The translations under genes were made by a program, and so were the position numbers. From positions 41,634-105,633 of the forward strand of contig JAGPCY010000020.1 in the NCBI GenBank assembly GCA_018057825.1: a DNA stretch of 64,000 nt, given 5' to 3'. Numbering within the stretch: position 1 is the stretch's first letter; every line of letters begins with the position of its first letter. Of this stretch, positions 1 through 9,686 are shown piece after piece. The stretch is from Kofleriaceae bacterium (GTDB lineage: Bacteria; Myxococcota_A; Polyangia; Haliangiales; Haliangiaceae). The notes under the pieces are model-generated. The model did no database searches and was not told the DNA's origin. It saw only the letters and a program-made list of their open reading frames with translations.

Positions 1-830
1 CGATCGCGGACCTGCCAGCGCTCGGCCGCGGTGCCGACGTCGGTGCGGGTGAAGGTCACCGCGGGCAGCGCGCCGACCGCGGCGCCGACCCAGGCGCAGT
101 TCTCGTTGTAGCGCTCGGGCTCGACGCACTGGTTGCGGGTCAGGTTGAACCCGCGGGCCACGCCGTCGTCGCCGCGGGCCGCGCTGGTCACCCAGTCCCA
201 CTCCATCACGTACGGGTAGTACCCCTTGTGATCGTCGAGGAGCGCCAGGCCGCCATCCAGATCGAAGCGGTCGGCGCCGAGGGTGATCGCGCCGGTGACC
301 GGGAACATCCCCTTGTGCGAGTACATGCTGCCGCGCGGCAGCGGCAGGCTGACCACCTGCGACGCGCCGGCCGCGGTGTCGACCCGGAGCTGGCCCGTCA
401 CCGCCGGCGTCGTCGACGCCAGCTCGACCTCGAGGAAGCCGTCGGCCAGGCGGTTGGTGAAGGCCAAGGTGGTCGCGCGATCGCGATAGGCGGTCACGCT
501 GGCGCGGAGCTGATCGGTCAGGCGGAAGGCCCGCGGCCGCAGGGTCCGCTCGATCAGGTGCTTCTCGCCGCGCGCGCGATCGTAGAGCTTGAGCTGCACC
601 AGCGTGATCAGCTTGGCGTCGAACAGCGCGACGTTCAGGAACAGCCGCGGGGTCACGACCTGGAGCGCTTGCCACTCCTTCAGGCGCCACCAGCGCAGCG
701 GCCGTGGCCAGCCGCGGTAGCGCGCGTCGAGGAGGTTGGTGTGGCCGATCGGTCCGGCAAACCGCCCGAGATGGGGGCGGCCGTCGTCGACCAGGCGGGC
801 CGGAGGCGCGGCGAAGGCGGACGCGGACAC
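1..830 (-). CDS. Conserved hypothetical protein, 5' part (GTG start near 830, continues beyond the window start); possibly DUF2804-like
   Basis: The minus-strand reading frame is open to the window edge with a protein-like translation (..[27 protein letters not shown]..). It is absent from the ORF track because it runs off the window, and it overlaps the spurious + ORF 228..884. Confidence 0.55.
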   Translation of the reverse strand, partial: MSASAFAAPPARLVDDGRPHLGRFAGPIGHTNLLDARYRGWPRPLRWWRLKEWQALQVVTPRLFLNVALFDAKLITLVQLKLYDRARGEKHLIERTLRPRAFRLTDQLRASVTAYRDRATTLAFTNRLADGFLEVELASTTPAVTGQLRVDTAAGASQVVSLPLPRGSMYSHKGMFPVTGAITLGADRFDLDGGLALLDDHKGYYPYVMEWDWVTSAARGDDGVARGFNLTRNQCVEPERYNENCAWVGAAVGALPAVTFTRTDVGTAAERWQVRD

Positions 831-880
831 GCCCGCCAAGTCTACCGCGCGGCCGAGGGCTTGCGGCTACACTGGCGTCG

Positions 881-1726
881 ATGATCTTGACCTCCGTCCT
901 CGGCAACAGCCAGCGTCTCGACGGTGGCGCGATGTTCGGCAACGCGCCGCGGCCGATGTGGGAGCGGTGGATCGCGCCCGACGATCACCACCGCATCCCG
1001 CTGGCCTGTCGCTGCTTGCTGGTCCGCACCGGCACGCGCACGATCCTGTTCGAGACCGGCATCGGCACGTTCTTCGCGCCCGAGCTGCGCGACCGCTACG
1101 GCGTGGTCGAGGAGCGCCACGTGCTGCTCGATAACCTGGCGGCTCTCGGGGTCGCGCCCGACGATGTCGACGTCGTCGTGCTGTCTCACCTGCACTTCGA
1201 TCACGCCGGCGGCGCGCTGACCGCGTGGCAGCCCGAGGCCGCGCCGGCCCTGGTCTTCCCGCGCGCCCACTGGGTGGTCGGGGCCGCGGCCTGGGACCGC
1301 GCGATCGCGCCGCACGCGCGCGATCGGGCGTCGTTCATCCCGCCGCTGCCCGGGCTCCTCGAGGCCACCGGGCGCCTCGAGCGGGTCGTCGGGCCGCGTA
1401 GCGCGGTGCTGGGCGACCTGGTGCGGTTCCACACCAGCGACGGCCACACCCCCGGGCTCGTGCTGGCCGAGCTGGCCGGTCCCGACGGGCCGGTGGTCTT
1501 CGCCGCCGATCTGATCCCGGGGCGGCCGTGGGTCCACGTCCCGATCACGATGGGCTACGACCGCTTCCCCGAGCGGCTGATCGAGGAGAAGCAGGCGCTC
1601 CTGGCCGACCTCCACGGCCGCGGTGGTCACCTGTTCTTCACCCACGACCCGTCGATCGCGATCGGTCGGATCGCGCGCGACGACCGCGGCCGGTACCACA
1701 CGGTCGACGATCGCGCGACGCTGTAG
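881..1726 (+). CDS. MBL-fold metallo-hydrolase
   Basis: HxHxDH motif ([11 protein letters not shown]) and downstream His/Asp ligands. The internal ATG at 881 (MILTSVLG..) is in the frame of track ORF 704..1726, whose N-terminus is Arg-rich junk. Confidence 0.8.
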   Translation: MILTSVLGNSQRLDGGAMFGNAPRPMWERWIAPDDHHRIPLACRCLLVRTGTRTILFETGIGTFFAPELRDRYGVVEERHVLLDNLAALGVAPDDVDVVVLSHLHFDHAGGALTAWQPEAAPALVFPRAHWVVGAAAWDRAIAPHARDRASFIPPLPGLLEATGRLERVVGPRSAVLGDLVRFHTSDGHTPGLVLAELAGPDGPVVFAADLIPGRPWVHVPITMGYDRFPERLIEEKQALLADLHGRGGHLFFTHDPSIAIGRIARDDRGRYHTVDDRATL

Positions 1727-1733
1727 CGGCGCG

Positions 1734-2699
1734 CTACGGCTGGACCTCGCCGCCGATCGAGCCGCTCGGCGACCAGGTCAGGGCGTAGGTCGTGACGCCG
1801 GCGCCGACCGCGACCGCGCCGCCGGCGATCGCCCAGACCCACCACTTGCGGTACCACGGGGTCGGCGGATCGAAGCGCAGCGGCACCTCGCGCGGGCGGG
1901 TCGGTGCCGCCCACGCCAGGGTCTGGTTGCCGTCGGGGTCGGTGGCTACACCGTACAGCTCGATCGCGGTGTCGTCGTCGGTCGCCACCGCCGGCAGGTA
2001 GATCCGCGCCCGGGCGCCGGGCGCCGGCAGCGCCACGTCGGCGACCCGCCAGGTGGTCTCGCCGCGGACCCGGCTGAACAGCTCGAGGCGGTGCAGCACC
2101 CGCGCCGGATCGGCGACGGTCTCGAGGTCGATCGGGATCGGCTGGCCGACGCGGGTGGTGCGCGGCCAGGTGATCTCGAGCTCGCGGCCGGCGCGCTCGG
2201 CGAGCTCGCGCCGGGTCCGCTCGAACCGGAGGCTGGCCTTGCTGCCCTCCTCGCAGCTCAGGTGGTGCTCGGGAGCGATCGCGAGCAAGCGCTCGAAGGC
2301 CTGGTGGGCGGCCGCCGCGGGCGCGGGGTCGTCGGGGGCGTCGAAGGCCAGGTACGAGTGGACGGTGCCGCGCAGCTCCCACAGCCGGATGTGATCGGCG
2401 AGGGCGAGGGGCTCGGCGGCGGCGGTGGTCAACGCGGCGAGCGCTCCTGGGACGTCGGCGTCGCGAGCGGCGGCGGCGGCGGCGGTGAGCGCGGAGGTCG
2501 CGGTCCGGGGGACGCAGGACGCGCCGTCCCAGCGGGCCGCGGGCGGGCAGGCGGCGCGCAGCGGGGTGACCGGGCGTGACGACGTGTGGCTGGCGCAGCC
2601 GACGAGCGCGAGCGAGAGGACGGCGTAGCGCACGTCCGGACTGTAGCGACGCGCCGACGGTGTGCCAGTCCGCGACCGCCCAAACCGGCGCGGGTTCAT
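1734..2699 (-). CDS. Hypothetical lipoprotein
   Basis: ORF-track frame. The ATG at 2699 overlaps the serB stop (ATGA). An alternative GTG at 2633 would give a canonical lipoprotein signal (VRYAVLSLALVGC). Confidence 0.6.
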   Translation of the reverse strand: MNPRRFGRSRTGTPSARRYSPDVRYAVLSLALVGCASHTSSRPVTPLRAACPPAARWDGASCVPRTATSALTAAAAAARDADVPGALAALTTAAAEPLALADHIRLWELRGTVHSYLAFDAPDDPAPAAAAHQAFERLLAIAPEHHLSCEEGSKASLRFERTRRELAERAGRELEITWPRTTRVGQPIPIDLETVADPARVLHRLELFSRVRGETTWRVADVALPAPGARARIYLPAVATDDDTAIELYGVATDPDGNQTLAWAAPTRPREVPLRFDPPTPWYRKWWVWAIAGGAVAVGAGVTTYALTWSPSGSIGGEVQP

Positions 2700-3562
2700 G
2701 CCAAGAACGCCAGCGCGTGATCGAGGCCACCGTGATCGATCGTGGCGTCGGCCGCCGCGCGCAGGGCCGGCTTGGCGCGGTAGGCGACGCCCAGCCCGGC
2801 CCGCGCCAGCATCGCCCGATCGTTGGCGCCGTCGCCGATCGCCACCACCTCGGCCAGGTCGAGCCCGAACCGCGCGGCCAGCTCGTCGACGATCGCGGCC
2901 TTGCGCGCCGCGGTCACGACCGGGCCGACGACCTCGCCGGTCAGGCGGCCGTCGGCGCGCGCCAAGCGGTTGGCCTCGACGTGATCGAGGCCCAGGCGGG
3001 CGCCCAGAGCTTCGGCCGCGAAGGTGAAGCCGCCCGACGCGATCGCCAGGCGCACGCCTCGGGCCCGGCAGCCCTCGACCAGGGTCGACATCCCCGGCGA
3101 CAGCGGCAGGCGCGCCGCCAGCGCGTCGAGCTCTGCCACCGGCAGTCCGGCGAGCTGCGCGACCCGGGCCCGCAGGCTGGCCTCGAAGTCGAGCTCGCCG
3201 CGCATCGCCTGCTCGGTGATCGCGGCGACCGCCGGGCCGACGCCGTGGACCCGGGCCAGCTCGTCGATCACCTCGATCGCGATCGCGGTCGAGTCCATGT
3301 CCATCACCACCAGGCGGGCCGGCCGCGCTGTCGGGCCGCGCACCGCGAGATCGACCGCGGCGTCGCCGAGGGCGATCGCCACCCGCTGGCGCAGGGCGAC
3401 GGCGTCGGCGCGTGAGTCGACCACCGCGGCGACCGCGGCGCGCGCGCCGTGGCCGATCGCCGGCGCGTCGAGGGTCGCCGGCGCGACCGCGGCCGCGAGG
3501 GCGGACCAGGTGGCGGGCGCGAGCGGCGCGTCCGCGACCGCGACGAGGGTCGAGTTCGACAC
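2696..3562 (-). CDS. serB: Phosphoserine phosphatase (HAD superfamily)
   Basis: HAD motif I (VVMDMDSTAIAIEVIDELA), then ...SGGFTF... and a C-terminal GDGANDRAML motif, with SerB-like length and layout. Confidence 0.85.
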   Translation of the reverse strand: MSNSTLVAVADAPLAPATWSALAAAVAPATLDAPAIGHGARAAVAAVVDSRADAVALRQRVAIALGDAAVDLAVRGPTARPARLVVMDMDSTAIAIEVIDELARVHGVGPAVAAITEQAMRGELDFEASLRARVAQLAGLPVAELDALAARLPLSPGMSTLVEGCRARGVRLAIASGGFTFAAEALGARLGLDHVEANRLARADGRLTGEVVGPVVTAARKAAIVDELAARFGLDLAEVVAIGDGANDRAMLARAGLGVAYRAKPALRAAADATIDHGGLDHALAFLA

Positions 3563-3598
3563 CTCACGTATATATACGGTGCGCGCGGTCCGCGCGCG

Positions 3599-4129
3599 TC
3601 ACCGCGCCAGCGCCGCCGCCAGCGCCTGGTACGGCCCGGTTCGCAGGCCGACCGCGCCGGGGTCTCCGTCGGGATCGGCGACCAGCTCGGCGTAGGTCGC
3701 GTCGAAGCCCTCGGGCACGAACAGTCGATCCCAGCCGAGCTCGCGCGGGCCGGCCGGGCGGTCGGCGATCCGGCCCTCGCACACGCCGTGGAACACCTCG
3801 ACCTCGGCGGCGCGATCGCGGCGGACCGCCAGGCACATCACCAGCCGCACCGGGGTCTCGCGCCACCACCGGCAGAACCGGTTGTCGTTCTCGGAGTCGA
3901 GCTCGAGGCGCAGGCTCTGGCCCTCCTTGGTCAACAGGTCGACCGCCTCGGCGAAGCACGGGAAGTGATCGTCGACCGCCAGCACCATGTCGCGGGCCTT
4001 GCGCTCGGGATCGGGGGCGCTGGTCGAGTACCCGGCCGGCAGGGCCGCGAGCTCGAAGCGGAGCGCGGGGACGGCGCGGCGGATCTCGCCGGCGCGCAGC
4101 TCGGTGCCATCGACGAAGTACGCGGTCAC
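3599..4129 (-). CDS. Ham1/ITPase-family non-canonical purine NTP pyrophosphatase-like protein (divergent N-terminus)
   Basis: The C-terminal half aligns with RdgB/ITPA (..VFHGVCEGRIADRPAGPRELGWDRLFVPEGFDATYAEL..). The N-terminal Ham1 motif is degenerate. Confidence 0.5.
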   Translation of the reverse strand: MTAYFVDGTELRAGEIRRAVPALRFELAALPAGYSTSAPDPERKARDMVLAVDDHFPCFAEAVDLLTKEGQSLRLELDSENDNRFCRWWRETPVRLVMCLAVRRDRAAEVEVFHGVCEGRIADRPAGPRELGWDRLFVPEGFDATYAELVADPDGDPGAVGLRTGPYQALAAALAR

Positions 4130-4201
4130 CGCGCGATGGTCGCACGGACCGGGGGCGGGCGCGCGGCGGTTGCGCTCGCCGGCGGCGCGGACGATGATCC
4201 C

Positions 4202-5194
4202 ATGATGCGTTCGCTCGCCGCCCTGATCGTGCTCGCGGCCTGTGGGGCCGGCACGCCGGTCGAACCCGAGGAGCCCAAGCGCGATCCCAAGGAGGCGATC
4301 CGCGAGGCCCGGGGGCTGATCGACGAGGCCTACCGCAGCCTGCGGTCAGGCGACGTGGTCGGGCTTCAGCCCATCCTGGCGCCTGACCTGTTCTTCGTCG
4401 GGCCGGGCCCGGCCGACGTCGGGCTCGATCGCTCGGCGGCGCTGGCCCTGGGCCAGGAATACGTCGACGATCGCCAGAAGCACAAGCTCAAGTCCTATAG
4501 CCTCGAGGTGTTCGCCGGACCCAACGGTCGCTCGGCCTACGCCATCGATCAGCTCGAGTTCGACGGCACCGCCTTCGCCGTCACCGTGGTCGCCGCCGAG
4601 GTCGGGGACATGTGGATGATCACCACGATCGCGATCAGCCGCGCGGTGTCGGCCAAGCGGCTCGACAGCGCCGCGGTCCTGGCCGAGTTGCCGGCGTGGC
4701 GGCCGTCGACCACCGAGGACGAGCCGGCCCACGCCAAGGCGCCGCGCCAGCTCGTCGAGGCCCTGACCCTGGCCGCGTCCGATCTCGACGCGCGCCTCAC
4801 CCAGTACGGCAAAGACCCCGACGCCGCCTACGTCGGGCCGTCCCCCGACGAGGTCATCCTGGGGACCAAGGCCCTGGGCAAGAAGTGGAAGAAGCGCGCG
4901 CCGGCGTGGGAGATCGACGCCAGCCTCGGCGGGGCGACCTCCGACGAGCGCCTGGTGTGGGTCCTGGCCAACGCCCGCGACGCCGCGCGGCCGGCCAAGG
5001 ACGACCGCGACCGCGACGATCGCGATGATCGCGACGATCGCGATCGGCGCCGACGCCGCGATGACGACGAGGCCGACGCCGCCGAGCCACCCGCGGCGGC
5101 GCCGCGCCGGCTGTTCGCGATCTATCGAGACGATGGCGGCGAGGCAGGCTGGCGGTTGGCGGTCTTGCACGCCGCGGTCGCCCTCGCGCGGTAG
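4202..5194 (+). CDS. Hypothetical lipoprotein with C-terminal charged (DRD)n repeat
   Basis: Signal plus lipobox (MMRSLAALIVLAACGAG) and a coherent non-repetitive body. The in-frame ATG at 4202 lies inside the longer track ORF 3449..5194. Confidence 0.6.
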   Translation: MMRSLAALIVLAACGAGTPVEPEEPKRDPKEAIREARGLIDEAYRSLRSGDVVGLQPILAPDLFFVGPGPADVGLDRSAALALGQEYVDDRQKHKLKSYSLEVFAGPNGRSAYAIDQLEFDGTAFAVTVVAAEVGDMWMITTIAISRAVSAKRLDSAAVLAELPAWRPSTTEDEPAHAKAPRQLVEALTLAASDLDARLTQYGKDPDAAYVGPSPDEVILGTKALGKKWKKRAPAWEIDASLGGATSDERLVWVLANARDAARPAKDDRDRDDRDDRDDRDRRRRRDDDEADAAEPPAAAPRRLFAIYRDDGGEAGWRLAVLHAAVALAR

Positions 5195-5204
5195 GCGCAG
5201 TTCG

Positions 5205-5443
<239 letters not shown>

Positions 5444-5529
5444 GGCTGCTGCCAGGTCCTGTGAAGGCGCGCACAGCCGACGGCGACATGGGCTTCGCAA
5501 CCGGCGGTGGGCTGGCGTACCATCCGCTC

Positions 5530-6684
5530 ATGGGACCAAACGCCCTCGTCCGCGCCGGGCTGCTGCTTGGCCTCGCCGTCGCCGCGTGCGGCGACATCCC
5601 GGCCTCCACGATCGACGCCGCGCCCGACGCCGACCTGACCTGCTCGAGCGGGTGCGATCCCAACGCGACCTGCAACGCCGGTGCCTGTGTCTGCGATCCG
5701 GGCTACGAGGGACCGGGCCAGACCTGCACCGACGTCAACGAGTGCTCGACCGCCAACGGCGGGTGCCACGTCGACGCCGACTGCCTCAACCGGCCCGGGA
5801 CCCGCGAGTGTCGCTGCCGGCCCGGCTTCGTCGGCGACGGGCTGAGCTGCCTGCCGGTGTGGGAGCTCCAGGACTCGTATACGGGCGGCGAGTTTGCGGC
5901 GCCCTTCGACGGCTTCGCCGCCGCGGTCGGCACCTCGTTCTACTTCACGCGCGATGGCCAGAACGCCAGCACGCTCTTGTACAGCTACGACACGGTCAGC
6001 GGCGCCTTCGCCGTCAAGCCGGTGACCACGGTCGACGAGTTCTGCGCCTGCGGCTACGGCCAGGCGTTCGTCGGTGGCCCCAACCGACTGTGGATGTTCG
6101 GCAACGACGGCTGGTCCTACGACCCCGCTCTCGACCGCTGGGCGATCATCCCGGCCTACGCCAGCAGCGCGTCGCGCCGCGGCGAGGCGGCGGGCGCGAT
6201 CGATCCGCGCAACGGCCGGGTCTACCTGGTCGGCGGGCGGCCCAACGAGACCACCGCGAGCTGGGCCAACGGCTCGAACAACACCTACGGCGACGAGCCC
6301 GGGGTCTTGCCGGTCGGGGTCTCCGACGCCTCGGCGTGGCTGGTGCCCGAGATCGACACGTTGTTCGTCGCCGGCGGCCGCGGCACCGACGGCAACCAGC
6401 GGCGGGTCTACAGTCACGTCCTGGGCTCGTCGCTGTGGACCGAGCTGCCCCAGCTCCCGGCCGACGCCCAGCAGACCCGCGGCATGGGCACCCACCGGGG
6501 CCGGCTGTGGGTGGCCTCCGACGAGGGCGTCCACTTCTTCGACCTGGCGACCCGGGTGTGGACCTCGGTCGGCCTGCCGATCGGCTTCCAGCGCGCGGTC
6601 AGCGCCAACGGCGAGCTGTGGGCGATCACCAGCACGATCGGCAGCGGGCGCATCGACGTCTACAAGCTGGTCCGCACCGAGTAG
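5530..6684 (+). CDS. Secreted lipoprotein with calcium-binding EGF-like domain(s) and Kelch/beta-propeller-like region
   Basis: Signal plus lipobox (MGPNALVRAGLLLGLAVAACGD), a cbEGF signature (DVNECSTANGGCHVDADCLNRPGTRECRCRPGFVGDG), then repeated beta-strand-rich segments. Confidence 0.7.
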   Translation: MGPNALVRAGLLLGLAVAACGDIPASTIDAAPDADLTCSSGCDPNATCNAGACVCDPGYEGPGQTCTDVNECSTANGGCHVDADCLNRPGTRECRCRPGFVGDGLSCLPVWELQDSYTGGEFAAPFDGFAAAVGTSFYFTRDGQNASTLLYSYDTVSGAFAVKPVTTVDEFCACGYGQAFVGGPNRLWMFGNDGWSYDPALDRWAIIPAYASSASRRGEAAGAIDPRNGRVYLVGGRPNETTASWANGSNNTYGDEPGVLPVGVSDASAWLVPEIDTLFVAGGRGTDGNQRRVYSHVLGSSLWTELPQLPADAQQTRGMGTHRGRLWVASDEGVHFFDLATRVWTSVGLPIGFQRAVSANGELWAITSTIGSGRIDVYKLVRTE

Positions 6685-6716
6685 GCGTCGGCGGGGCCAT
6701 TGCGCGCCCTGCCGGG

Positions 6717-7685
6717 ATGTGGCGCAATCGTTCGGTGGAGCCCGCGCTGGTCGCCCCGTTCCTCGACGCCGCGCCGGCCTCGCTGCGCGCCGGCCTCGAG
6801 GCCCTGCCGGAGCTGGCCCGGCAGGTCTGGGCCCTGGTCGCCGCCGGCCGCGCGGCCTGGCCCGAGGTCGCCCTCGAGCCGGCGCGAGCGGCGGCCTTCG
6901 CCGCCGCCCGCCTCGAGCCGGCCGCCGAGCCGGCCGACGCGCTGGCCGCGCTGCGGGCCGCCGATCTGTACCTCGCGTGTGGCTGCGCTGACGGCGACCG
7001 CGCCGCGCTGGCGGCCTTCGATCGCCACTACATGCGCGAGGTCGACATCGCCCTGGCCCGGATGCGCATGCCGGCGCCGCGGGTGGCCGACGTCAAGCAG
7101 CTCGTGCGGCAGCGCCTGTTCGTCGGCGATGGCGTGCCCGGCAAGATCGTCGAGTACGGCGGTCGCGGCGACCTGCGGCGCTGGGTGCGGTCGGTCGCGG
7201 TCCGCACCTGTCTGAACGACCTGCGCAAGGGCAAGCACGAGGTCCTGACCGACGACGATCAGCTCATCGCCCAGCACGCCATCCCCGGCGATGATCCCGA
7301 GCTGGCGTACATGAAGCGGACCTACGCCCGGGAGTTCCAGGCCGCCTTCGCCGAGGCCCTGGCTGGCCAGGGCGCGCGCGAGCAGACGCTCTTGCGCTAC
7401 CACCACGTCGATGGCCTCAACATCGATGAGATCGGCGCCATCTATCGGGTCCACCGGGTCACCGCGTTCCGCTGGCTCGAGAAGGCCAAGGAGAAGCTGG
7501 TCGACGCCACCCTGACGATCCTGCGCGGCCGGCTCAACATCACGCCGCGGGAGCTCGACAGCGTGCTGCGCCTGATCCGATCCCAGGTCCACCTGTCCCT
7601 GGTGCGCCACCTCGGTGGCCCCAGCGACCGGGTCGAGGATGATGTCCTCGAGCTCGACGGCGCTGACCTCGAAGAGGCCGAGTAA
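6717..7685 (+). CDS. RNA polymerase sigma factor, sigma-70/ECF-like
   Basis: A region-4 HTH (LLRYHHVDGLNIDEIGAIYRVHRVTAFRWLEKAKEKL) and a region-2-like segment. This is the first ATG after the upstream stop, in the frame of track ORF 5025..7685. Confidence 0.75.
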   Translation: MWRNRSVEPALVAPFLDAAPASLRAGLEALPELARQVWALVAAGRAAWPEVALEPARAAAFAAARLEPAAEPADALAALRAADLYLACGCADGDRAALAAFDRHYMREVDIALARMRMPAPRVADVKQLVRQRLFVGDGVPGKIVEYGGRGDLRRWVRSVAVRTCLNDLRKGKHEVLTDDDQLIAQHAIPGDDPELAYMKRTYAREFQAAFAEALAGQGAREQTLLRYHHVDGLNIDEIGAIYRVHRVTAFRWLEKAKEKLVDATLTILRGRLNITPRELDSVLRLIRSQVHLSLVRHLGGPSDRVEDDVLELDGADLEEAE

Positions 7686-7725
7686 GCTCCCGACGCAGAG
7701 CTCTCGATGGCGCGCCGAAACGCCG

Positions 7726-7750
7726 CGCGCCGCCGATGAGCGGCGGCGCG
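7726..7750. terminator. GC-rich hairpin (10-bp perfect stem CGCGCCGCCG / CGGCGGCGCG, 5-nt loop) between convergent genes; candidate bidirectional terminator
   Basis: Perfect inverted repeat read directly from the sequence. It lies in the 109-bp gap between the sigma-factor stop (7685) and the stop of the minus-strand gene (7795). There is no U-tract, as is common in high-GC genomes. Confidence 0.4.
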
Positions 7751-7794
7751 ACCAGCCTGCACGTCGCAGCAGGCATCGGAGACCGTTCGGCGCG

Positions 7795-9471
7795 CTAGCC
7801 GCGCGGGCGGAGCTGGAACGGATACTTGATGGGGTAGATGCCGGTGCCGCCGACCTTGGGGAAGGCCACGTTGGCGATCACCTCGGCGATGCACGACGAC
7901 ACCGCGGCGTCGACGCCGGACGCGGTCGACTGGATCACCCGGCCGTTGCCGTTGAGCGTGAAGTTCACGGTCACCGTGCCCTCGAGGCCGGGCTTGGCCA
8001 AGAGCTCGCGCTCGTAGCAGTAGGCGATCTTCTCGCGGTTGCGCGCGATGTGGCGGCGGATGATCTCCTTGTCGAGGCAGGGCTCGTCGGCGCTGCACGC
8101 CACCGGGGTGCTGAACTTGACGGTCGGCGGGTTGGGCGTGCGCTTGCGCGGCCGGCCGTCGCCGTCGTCGCCCAGGGTGCCGAGGTAGTTCTTGCCGTCG
8201 TCGCGGCCCAGGGTCGCGAACGGATCGCTGGCCAGGCCGGTGCACGGCACGCCGGCGATCGTGCCGCAGCCGGTGCCGGTGCCGCGCACGCCGCTGCCCC
8301 AGGTCCCGGTCGGCGCGCCAGTGCCGCCGCCGTCGTAGAAGCCGCCGGTGATGTCCATGTCGTCGAAGCCCGACGCGAGGTCGGCGCCGCCGGTGACCGC
8401 CAGCGGGCCAGCCAGGAGCCGCGAGCTCAAGATGCCGGCGGTGGCGGCCTGCTCGATCGCGGCCTCGCGGGCCATGCGCGGCGACAGCCCACGATCGGCG
8501 ACGCGCAGTCGGGCCGGGTGCGGGTTCACCGTCGACGTGCCGAGGGTGCCGTCGATCACCGCGGTGGCGGTTGGCGCCGAGGCCGAGCCGGTCGCGCCGC
8601 TGCCGTCGGCGTCGCCGTCCTCGGGCGGCGGCGGGGCGATGGCCTCCATCGACACCAGGTGGCCCTTCGACGAGCTGTCCTCGGTGAGCGACAGATCGGT
8701 CGGCGCGCCGATGCTGGCCGGCTCGGCGTACTGCAGGAGGCCGAGGAGCCCGAGGTGGGCGACCGCCGACCCGGCGAAGAACGCCAGCGGTCCGCGCGAC
8801 CACGCGAGCGCGGGCGGCGCCGAGCGCGCCGGGGCGTCGATGCCGCGGACGAAGATCGTGGCCCGGCCGACCTGGGTTCGGACCGCGGTGCCGACGTAGA
8901 GCGGCAGCGCGACGTGGCCGGCCGCGCGCATCGCCGCGAGGGTGGTCGTGGTGCCGGCGAACCCGACGTCGCCGTCGAGGCCGTCGATCGCCGCGACGAA
9001 GCCCTCGGCGCCGCGATCGACCAGGGTGTAGGTCGCGGTGGCGTCCGCCAGGGGCAGCTCGGCGTCGGCGGCGGCGCCGACCCGGAACCGCGTGCGCGCG
9101 TCGGCGCGGCGGCGTCGGGCCAGGCCCAGGCCGAGGAGCGGCAGCCCGATCATCGAGCCCAGCGCGGCGGCGGCGTCGGTGGTGGCGCCGTGGCGGGTCG
9201 GGCGGAACGCCCAGGCCGGGCGATGCTCGGCGGCCCACGCGGCGCGCGCCTGGGCGTCCTGGTGGGCGGCGTACAGGCCGTAGCCGAACGTCGAGGCCGC
9301 CATCGCCAGGAGCGCGGCGCCCGCGTACAGCGGCAGGTTGGGCCGGCGCGGTGCGGCGGCGTCGGCGGTCAGGGTATCGACGCTGACGATCGAGCCGGCG
9401 AGGGAGGTGACGACCTCGACCGCGGGGGCCGGCGTGGCGGACGGGGTAGGAGCGGGCAGAGCGGTAGCCAT
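7795..9471 (-). CDS. AgmX/PglI-like protein (TonB-C-like C-terminal domain; myxobacterial gliding-motility-associated family)
   Basis: The C-terminus (EIIRRHIARNREKIAYCYERELLAKPGLEGTVTVNFTLNGNGRVIQ..CIAEVIANVAFPK) matches the AgmX/PglI C-terminal domain. The start at 9471 was chosen for its strong SD (GGAGG, 5-nt spacer, ATG); the track ORF extends to a GTG at 9606 with no SD. Confidence 0.65.
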   Translation of the reverse strand: MATALPAPTPSATPAPAVEVVTSLAGSIVSVDTLTADAAAPRRPNLPLYAGAALLAMAASTFGYGLYAAHQDAQARAAWAAEHRPAWAFRPTRHGATTDAAAALGSMIGLPLLGLGLARRRRADARTRFRVGAAADAELPLADATATYTLVDRGAEGFVAAIDGLDGDVGFAGTTTTLAAMRAAGHVALPLYVGTAVRTQVGRATIFVRGIDAPARSAPPALAWSRGPLAFFAGSAVAHLGLLGLLQYAEPASIGAPTDLSLTEDSSSKGHLVSMEAIAPPPPEDGDADGSGATGSASAPTATAVIDGTLGTSTVNPHPARLRVADRGLSPRMAREAAIEQAATAGILSSRLLAGPLAVTGGADLASGFDDMDITGGFYDGGGTGAPTGTWGSGVRGTGTGCGTIAGVPCTGLASDPFATLGRDDGKNYLGTLGDDGDGRPRKRTPNPPTVKFSTPVACSADEPCLDKEIIRRHIARNREKIAYCYERELLAKPGLEGTVTVNFTLNGNGRVIQSTASGVDAAVSSCIAEVIANVAFPKVGGTGIYPIKYPFQLRPRG

Positions 9472-9686
9472 GGCGACCTCCGACGAGGACGAGTCCTGGG
9501 AGCGCGACGGCATCCGCCGCGCACACGCCGCGTCGCCGAGGTCGGCATCGCTGCGTTCGGATCGATAGACACGCACCGTCGGCGGCGGTTCCGAAAATCT
9601 GCGCACGATCTCGCGTGTCTGCGCGGGTCGATCGCGTGCAACCGCGGCGCGCGCTCGGTGTCAGGCGGCGCCCGGCGACCTCGCCC

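Noticed and set aside
228-884. Track ORF 228..884 (+) and overlapping ORFs 283..489 and 736..1134
   Set aside because: The translation is Arg/Ala-rich with no domain. The opposite strand gives a coherent protein-like translation running off the window, and a real MBL hydrolase starts at 881.
3449-4201. 5' part of track ORF 3449..5194
   Set aside because: It overlaps the minus-strand Ham1-like gene and is Arg-rich. The lipoprotein signal begins at the ATG at 4202.
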